A stretch of 64,000 nucleotides of DNA from contig OW569393.1 in the NCBI GenBank assembly GCA_937625935.1, forward strand, positions 264,997-328,996, in the 5' to 3' direction. This stretch comes from Tetramitus jugosus. Its lineage: Eukaryota; Protista; Heterolobosea. Both the position numbers and the translations under genes were made by a program. The number at the start of each line of letters is the position of its first letter. Positions within the stretch are counted from its first letter, which is position 1. The notes below the pieces were generated by a model. The model saw nothing but the letters and a program-made list of their open reading frames with translations, searched no databases and had not been told where the DNA came from. This document shows, piece by piece, positions 57,446-64,000 of the stretch.

Positions 57446-60359
57446 ATGTTGGAGTTAACACCAAACTTTATGGAGTTCACTGAGAATGACCAATTCACTC
57501 TCAAAATCACCAACACTCTCAATGATTCACTAGTGGCCTTCAAGTTGATGTTGACCACCCCAAAGGCCTACACTGTGAAACCAAGAATGGGCACTATTCC
57601 ACCTGGAGGCTCAATTGACGTGACGAGTATGTGTTTTTCTTTTTCTCTTCGCTTTTGATGTCGTCCCCATATTGTTGCGTAAAATTTATTTTGGAGGGTT
57701 TGTGCGAAAAAGCTTTTTATCGTAGTACGAACGTTCGTTCGTTTGTTCATTAGCTCACACAAAATTACTCTTTCTATTTTCCCACAGTTTTCAGATTACA
57801 GCCATTTTCTCCAAAGGACAAGTTCAGAGTTCAAGGCATTCCAATCTCTCCTGATCAAGACACTCAAGATGCAGCTCTGCTAGAACAATTGTTCAAGAAT
57901 GAGAAGAACAAGGATTTGATCAAGAATCATCCATTGAAAGCCAAGAGCTCAAGTGGTACTTCTGCTGATGCTGTCTCCTCCACTACTGCTTCACAAGAAG
58001 AACAACAGGGAGCCACACCACTGCATCTGGCAGCTTTAAATGGACACATGAACATTGTCGAATTTTTGTGTCAGAATGGAGCTGATGTCAACAGCAAGGC
58101 GAAGGATGAATACACACCGCTGCATCTGGTAGCTTTAAATGGACACATGAACATTGTCGAATTGTTGTGTCAGAATGGAGCTGATATCAACAGCAAGGCG
58201 AAGGATGGAGTCACACCACTGCATCTGGCAGCTCTACTGGGACACAAAAACGTTGTCAAATTTACGTGTCAGAATGGAGCTGATATCAACATCAAGACTG
58301 ATGGTGGCAGAACTCCAATCGAGTGTTCGGATCCGTCCATGTTTCCTTCTCAATCAACAAAATCAGAGATGAGTTCTTCCTCAAAAAACATTTGGGAGTC
58401 AGCCAAGGACGGTGATTTGAGGCGGATTAAGGAATTAATCAGTCAGGGTGCGAATGTCAATGATAAACGAGAGGTAAGTATGATGAGACAAGTGATTTTT
58501 ATTTCATGATTCATGTTGTGATCGAAATGGATTCACAACACTCAACAACAACAATAACAACAACAACAACTGACTCGTCATTTTTCACAATATTTTCGTC
58601 TCTTGTTGTTCACATAAAAGGGAGCCACACCACTGCATCTGGCAGCTTTAAATGGACACATGAACATTGTCGAATTTTTGTGTCAGAATGGAGCTGATGT
58701 CAACAGCAAGGCGAAGGATGAATACACACCACTGCATCTGGCAGCTTTACAGGGACACAAGAACATTCTCGAATTTTTGGATATCAACAGCAAGGTGAAG
58801 GTATGTAACCTTGTTCATGTCTCTTTTCATACTCCTGATTCTCAATTTGAACTCATGAAACAAAAAACTAATGAAATCAATCATCCAATCTTGTTCTTTT
58901 GTATATTTTGTTTGTGATTGCAACAACAGGAGGTAAGTCTGATGAGACAAGTGATTTTTATTTCATGATTCATGTTGTGATCGAAATGGATTCACAACAC
59001 TCAACAACAACAATAACAACAACACCAACAACTGACTCATCATTTTTCACAATATTTTCGTTTCGTCTCTTGTTGTTCACATAAAAGGAAGGCATACCAC
59101 TGCACGGGGCAGCTTTAAATGGACACATGAACATTGTCGAATTTTTGTGTCAGAATGGAGCTGATATCAACATCAAGGCTGATGGTGGCAAAACTCCAAT
59201 CGAATGTTGTTCGGATCCGTCCATGTTTCCTTCTCAATCAAGAATTTTGGAGTTGAAACAGCAATTGATTAAAAAGCTCAAAGATGAGCTCAAACAATTA
59301 TCCAATTATCCAATTATCGAATCCGAGAATCAACGACTACAAAAATTAGTTGCACAACAAAGCGATGAAATCAAGCAAATTTCAGAAACTTTGAGAACAG
59401 CTGTCCAAATGAATGATTTGTGGAAAAATGATCAAAAATTCCTAGCATTGAATCGATTGTTATCTGTCAGAGAGTGCATGATCAATGATCAGCAACATGT
59501 CGATTCATTATTGTTGAATGAATCAAAACAATTGATGGGTCAAGTGGAACAACTCAAAACTCAACATGTGAAATTGAACGAACAAATTGCACTGTCGAAG
59601 AAACCAAAAGAACAAGAATTATTGTTATCGGAGAGATCCAATAATTTGAATGACTTAATGTCAAAGTTGAATAATGTATTGACTGTTTGTGAGGGAAACA
59701 TGGATCATTTGATAAATAAGCACCATCAATTGGACAATTGGGTAAAAGCATTGAGCTCTGTTGATGATCGTGGCACTGATCAATTGGATGGTGAACAAAT
59801 TTTTGTCAATGTTCAAGACAAGCAATTCAACAATTTGATGCAACAGAAGAAGAATTACGAGGAATCATATGAAACACTCATAAATCAATCAAAGTTGTAT
59901 CTAGATTGCTTGAACAACAGTGAACAATTATTGAACGAATTGAGAGACATGAACACAGCTGAAGAGAAGAACAAGGAGATGAAGGAAGTTGAAAATCATA
60001 TTATTAATCTAGTAGCTGTGCAACAATCTTACAAGGGTCTTCGTGACCAAATGGATCAATTCAAGAAAAAATCACAAGAAGTCCAGGATTTGGTGAAGAA
60101 GTTTAATTCGATCAAGAAGGAGACAAAAAAGTTGACAAAAGACATCAAAAAAATAGAACTGGATATTGATTCGGATGATGATTCAGATGAAGAAGAACAT
60201 GATATTAACCAACTGATAAAAAAAATTGCAGAGAAGAATGAAGAGTTGAAGCCATTGAACCAAGAATTGCGCAAACTTGAAAGAGATATGCTTAGTTTCT
60301 CTCATTATGGTGAAGTGAAAGCAATACTTCCAAAAGCGGAATTTAATCAATCAGCATAA
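57446..60359 (+). CDS. MSP (VAP-type) domain, ankyrin repeats and coiled coil; multi-exon (approx. 57446-57626, 57788-58473, 58621-58800, 59088-60359)
   Basis: [20 protein letters not shown] and KDKFRVQ MSP motifs; [18 protein letters not shown] ankyrins; GT-AG introns that keep the frame. Confidence 0.8.
58471..59150 (+). repeat. Duplicated intron-plus-ankyrin-exon unit (58471-58690 vs 58930-59160)
   Basis: gaggtaagt.tgatgagacaagtgatttttatttcatgattcatgttgtgatcgaaatggattcacaac occurs twice. Confidence 0.9.
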
Positions 60360-60507
60360 AAACTCTGTGGAGGGAATGAATATATGTATTCAATCAAAAA
60401 ACTGACACAGCAAGTAATCACAATAAAGAAGAGTTCACTGATTAAATCAAGAATGGTTTCGATAATATCCTATCTTGAATAAACGCGGTCCATCGAGATG
60501 TTTGGAA

Positions 60508-60528
60508 GGGTTTGGGTTTGGGTTTGGG
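60508..60528 (+). repeat. Interstitial telomeric tract (GGGTTT)3GGG
   Basis: Same unit and orientation as the terminal array. Confidence 0.9.
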
Positions 60529-63177
60529 TGTGAATTAATCGAATAACGAAACTCCGTCAATTGGTGTTGGTTGTCTTTGTTGTTTGTCTCGTTGTATTCG
60601 TGGCGTTGGGTGCATCGCGATGAAACAACGAGTTTTTCGCACAATACATGTATTTTATTGTACATGTGCAAGTCATTGAAAGAGATTTTGGTTGAAGTGC
60701 ACTAATTGCCGAATAGATCGATTTCTCCGCAGAGTTGTTGCTGAGCAATTACTGTTCCATCTTCAAAGGTTTGATGGATGACAATCATCTGGGATTCCAT
60801 GGACCACCACACTATCAACATTAGACAGTAGGGTGATCTAGAAGCGTTTGGGTTGCACGAGTGTTGTCAAAAGAAGCGAAGGTTTGAGTGGACAAAGTTT
60901 TCAAACGATACTCGGAGGTTTGTTGCGGGTGTTGGAGGCGAAGCCGTTGAGAGTTTGGATTCTTGTTTGGATCTTCATTGTTATGATCTTCAAGAACCTT
61001 GCGACAATACAACAGGAAACGATTGACTCCAGATATTATGGTTGTACGACAACACTCGATGAAAGACCGCGGGGATACCTACAAAATATCGTGCAGTGAT
61101 TTAGATCAATTAGTCTGATTCATATATGAATAACCAAGCGTTGCACTACTTTTGTTCGAGAAAATTGGCCATTATCCTGTGATGATGTTCTGGTTCTAGT
61201 CCAGTAATTTCTGGCACCAGAAGCGTAGGCCTGGGTGGCCGTAGCGTTTACATTACACATCTAGGAGTCTTGATGTTGATTTTGGAGGCGAAGCCGTTCA
61301 GGGTCCAAAATTGAATCATCAAATGTTGAGTTGCTCTTGGTATTCACCCACTGAGTTCAATGGGAAACTGGAACAAAATCAATCTTTCAAGGTGATTGAG
61401 GATGCCATACTGTTCCTACTCACTAAAATTGATAAATTCATCGGTTTGTTCGTTTGCTGTAACATAAGACACTACATCGCCGTCTGATGAGAGAACTTCG
61501 TCGAAGGAAGAAACAAAATCTTCCTCCAAATCTTTCGCTTTTCTTTTCCTGTCTGTAACTCTTTGAACTTTGCTTTCGTTTGTTCTTTCAAGGGGAGAAC
61601 GTTGAATTAAAGCAAGTAACTGTTCATTATCGCCCTTGTCAAACATTTCGACCAAGTCAGCGAGAGCCACTGCTTTCTCGATGGCTTGAATACTTGATCG
61701 ATAGTGATTTCTTTTGTCCCTCTTTGAAGATTTCAGATGCTTCTTCGCGTCTTTGTATGCTTGAATAACAGCCAACTTCTCTGTCAACGTTTTTGCATGT
61801 TGCAACAAAATAGATTGCCAGTAAGAGGTCCATGCATGATTTTTTCCTGAAGTATCACGGGCAAGTACCTCGCTAAGGCCTTTGTTATGCTTCAGTACAA
61901 AACTTTTCATCTCTTTGGGTAACTTTCTTTGTCTAAAGCTTGTAACTGCCTCCAGTATCTTTCTTTTTGCCTTTCTCTTACGTTTAGGAACGATCAGAAC
62001 AGGAGATTCTTGTACAGTGCTCTCATGACCGCACTCTAGAATGAAATCAAGCACTTCTCCTATTGGATTATTAAAAGCATCTGGATCGAGCAATGACTGA
62101 ACGTGTTGAAATTTTGTCTGAGCAGTACGAATATAGGCCAATATGGATTTTTCATCGCGCCAACCAATATGAGTCTTGATGGATATGTAATCGTTCGTGT
62201 CAACGGTGTCCTTAGACTTGATACTGTTGAGCAAGAATTCAAGAATTGACATACACAACCAGAACGAAGTGATCGGGGTGTGTACCTCTTGGCTAGTAAT
62301 TTTTGATGCACTCAACTTCATGGCTTTCCCCAGCCCATCATTCTCAACAGCATCTGTATCAGTGTTCAAACAGGAAAAGAGAGGCCAAGTTTTGCATTCA
62401 TCTTTGATTTTAAAATCACCATGCTCTATCATGTCCCTAAAATCTTCTCGTACAAAAACTTTGCGTTTCGTCGAAAGATACCAGAGCAGAGCTAAATTGG
62501 GACAATTGTCAATTGAACCAGTTCCATATATCGTTTGTTCTCTTGGTTGCGACAACAGAATCTTATCCTTCACAATAGTGAACACGATCACAACCTTACC
62601 TTTCACAAGGTGACAATTGATATGTTGCACTTGCGCTGCGACATAAGTATCCGTCCTTTGTCCGCCTGCTCTTCCAAACTTGATCAACGCATGTGTTCGT
62701 GCATCTGACTCATCATACAGATTGAGCTTTGCGCTCCATTTTTTCAGGTCATTGTTCAACAAAGGTGCTACCTTATGAACTTGATTACCATACTTGCGCA
62801 GAAGAGCCCGTAGTAAGTCTTTAAGTTCATTCCCGAAATCTTGTTTCGGATTTCCTCGGTTTGTATCACGTAGGTGATTACTTAAACTGTTTGCGAATGT
62901 ATCTCTTACAGTTTTGTAACTGTAATTTAATTCTACTCTCATACTCCAGAGGAACAGCAAGTATGTAACTTTTTTGACAGGGAATGGCTCCTGTCCTTGG
63001 TAGGAAACGAAATCTGGCTCCGCTACCATGGTTTCAAAGAACATGAGGTAATTTCGTTCGGCGTACAAACGAATTTTTTGTGTGTTGGGAGCAATCCTTA
63101 GTTCAGTTGTCGCAGCCAGTGATTGTATCCTTTGTTCAAAAGATTGAGGGGCTTCATTGATTCGATGGGTTGGGGTT
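60529..63177 (-). mobile_element. Telomere-embedded tyrosine-recombinase element (Crypton/DIRS/TATE-like), probably a decayed copy
   Basis: Segment bounded on both sides by TTTGGG repeats and carrying a YR ORF; no RT seen. Confidence 0.65.
61416..63167 (-). CDS. Tyrosine recombinase (phage-integrase family); frame open into the telomere; RxxR box frameshifted
   Basis: APNT...Y...FF N-terminal region; GGQR (Arg); KDK (Lys); CPNLAL; WPLF; YTPRSLRSG in the alternate frame; HIGW...SILAY (Trp/Tyr). Confidence 0.85.
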   Translation of the reverse strand, partial: HRINEAPQSFEQRIQSLAATTELRIAPNTQKIRLYAERNYLMFFETMVAEPDFVSYQGQEPFPVKKVTYLLFLWSMRVELNYSYKTVRDTFANSLSNHLRDTNRGNPKQDFGNELKDLLRALLRKYGNQVHKVAPLLNNDLKKWSAKLNLYDESDARTHALIKFGRAGGQRTDTYVAAQVQHINCHLVKGKVVIVFTIVKDKILLSQPREQTIYGTGSIDNCPNLALLWYLSTKRKVFVREDFRDMIEHGDFKIKDECKTWPLFSCLNTDTDAVENDGLGKAMKLSASKITSQEVHTPITSFWLCMSILEFLLNSIKSKDTVDTNDYISIKTHIGWRDEKSILAYIRTAQTKFQHVQSLLDPDAFNNPIGEVLDFILECGHESTVQESPVLIVPKRKRKAKRKILEAVTSFRQRKLPKEMKSFVLKHNKGLSEVLARDTSGKNHAWTSYWQSILLQHAKTLTEKLAVIQAYKDAKKHLKSSKRDKRNHYRSSIQAIEKAVALADLVEMFDKGDNEQLLALIQRSPLERTNESKVQRVTDRKRKAKDLEEDFVSSFDEVLSSDGDVVSYVTANEQTDEFINFSE

Positions 63178-64000
63178 GGGTTTGGGTTTGGGTTTGGGTT
63201 TGGGTTTGGGTTTGGGTTTGGGTTTGGGTTTGGGTTTGGGTTTGGGTTTGGGTTTGGGTTTGGGTTTGGGTTTGGGTTTGGGTTTGGGTTTGGGTTTGGG
63301 TTTGGGTTTGGGTTTGGGTTTGGGTTTGGGTTTGGGTTTGGGTTTGGGTTTGGGTTTGGGTTTGGGTTTGGGTTTGGGTTTGGGTTTGGGTTTGGGTTTG
63401 GGTTTGGGTTTGGGTTTGGGTTTGGGTTTGGGTTTGGGTTTGGGTTTGGGTTTGGGTTTGGGTTTGGGTTTGGGTTTGGGTTTGGGTTTGGGTTTGGGTT
63501 TGGGTTTGGGTTTGGGTTTGGGTTTGGGTTTGGGTTTGGGTTTGGGTTTGGGTTTGGGTTTGGGTTTGGGTTTGGGTTTGGGTTTGGGTTTGGGTTTGGG
63601 TTTGGGTTTGGGTTTGGGTTTGGGTTTGGGTTTGGGTTTGGGTTTGGGTTTGGGTTTGGGTTTGGGTTTGGGTTTGGGTTTGGGTTTGGGTTTGGGTTTG
63701 GGTTTGGGTTTGGGTTTGGGTTTGGGTTTGGGTTTGGGTTTGGGTTTGGGTTTGGGTTTGGGTTTGGGTTTGGGTTTGGGTTTGGGTTTGGGTTTGGGTT
63801 TGGGTTTGGGTTTGGGTTTGGGTTTGGGTTTGGGTTTGGGTTTGGGTTTGGGTTTGGGTTTGGGTTTGGGTTTGGGTTTGGGTTTGGGTTTGGGTTTGGG
63901 TTTGGGTTTGGGTTTGGGTTGGGTTTGGGTTTGGGTTTGGGTTTGGGTTTGGGTTTGGGTTTGGGTTTGGGTTTGGGTTTGGGTTTGGGTTTGGGTTTGG
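63167..64000 (+). repeat. Telomere (TTTGGG)n, G-rich strand running 5'-3' toward the end
   Basis: ~830 bp of near-perfect hexamer to the window end; variant units at 63167-63177 and ~63916-63920. Confidence 0.97.

Noticed and set aside
60538-63166. ATCGAAT inverted match near the two element ends as a terminal inverted repeat
   Set aside because: Only 7 bp and offset at the left end, so compatible with chance.
61416-63167. Protelomerase (hairpin telomere resolvase) interpretation
   Set aside because: The end is a telomerase-type simple repeat with no palindromic target, and the motifs fit integrase-type YRs.
60529-63177. Complete DIRS/TATE retrotransposon
   Set aside because: No reverse transcriptase, RNase H or gag ORF and no long terminal repeats are visible in 2.65 kb.

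Overview
This is an AT-rich, gene-dense eukaryotic chromosome end with short GT-AG introns. The gene content (DUF4116 repeats, RGS proteins, Cache-HAMP class III cyclases, TKL receptor kinase) suggests a heterolobosean amoeba such as Naegleria; that assignment is inference. The window ends in a (TTTGGG)n telomere (63167-64000). It holds about 20 intact genes (RPL14, RPAP3-like, MFS transporter, PTGR3-like, TRIM-like, cyclases, kinases and others), one tRNA-Val(AAC) and several pseudogene patches. Top finding: a ~2.65 kb tyrosine-recombinase (YR) segment (60529-63177) is bracketed by telomeric repeats on both sides. Its reading frame has no upstream stop and runs in from the telomere as (Pro-Asn)n. 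A short ATG-started ORF at the opposite end exits into the inner TTTGGG tract in the same (Pro-Asn)n phase. Circularisation through the telomeric repeats would therefore rebuild one gene, suggesting a telomere-integrating element with its attachment site inside its own integrase. Its RxxR catalytic box is shifted out of frame by compensating +1/+8 insertions. Second finding: a dynamin-like GTPase fused to a TET/JBP-associated (GREB1/JGT-like) glycosyltransferase domain is divergently paired with a TPR gene, and the pair is duplicated, with one copy decayed. All family assignments come from motif recognition by eye; no searches were run.
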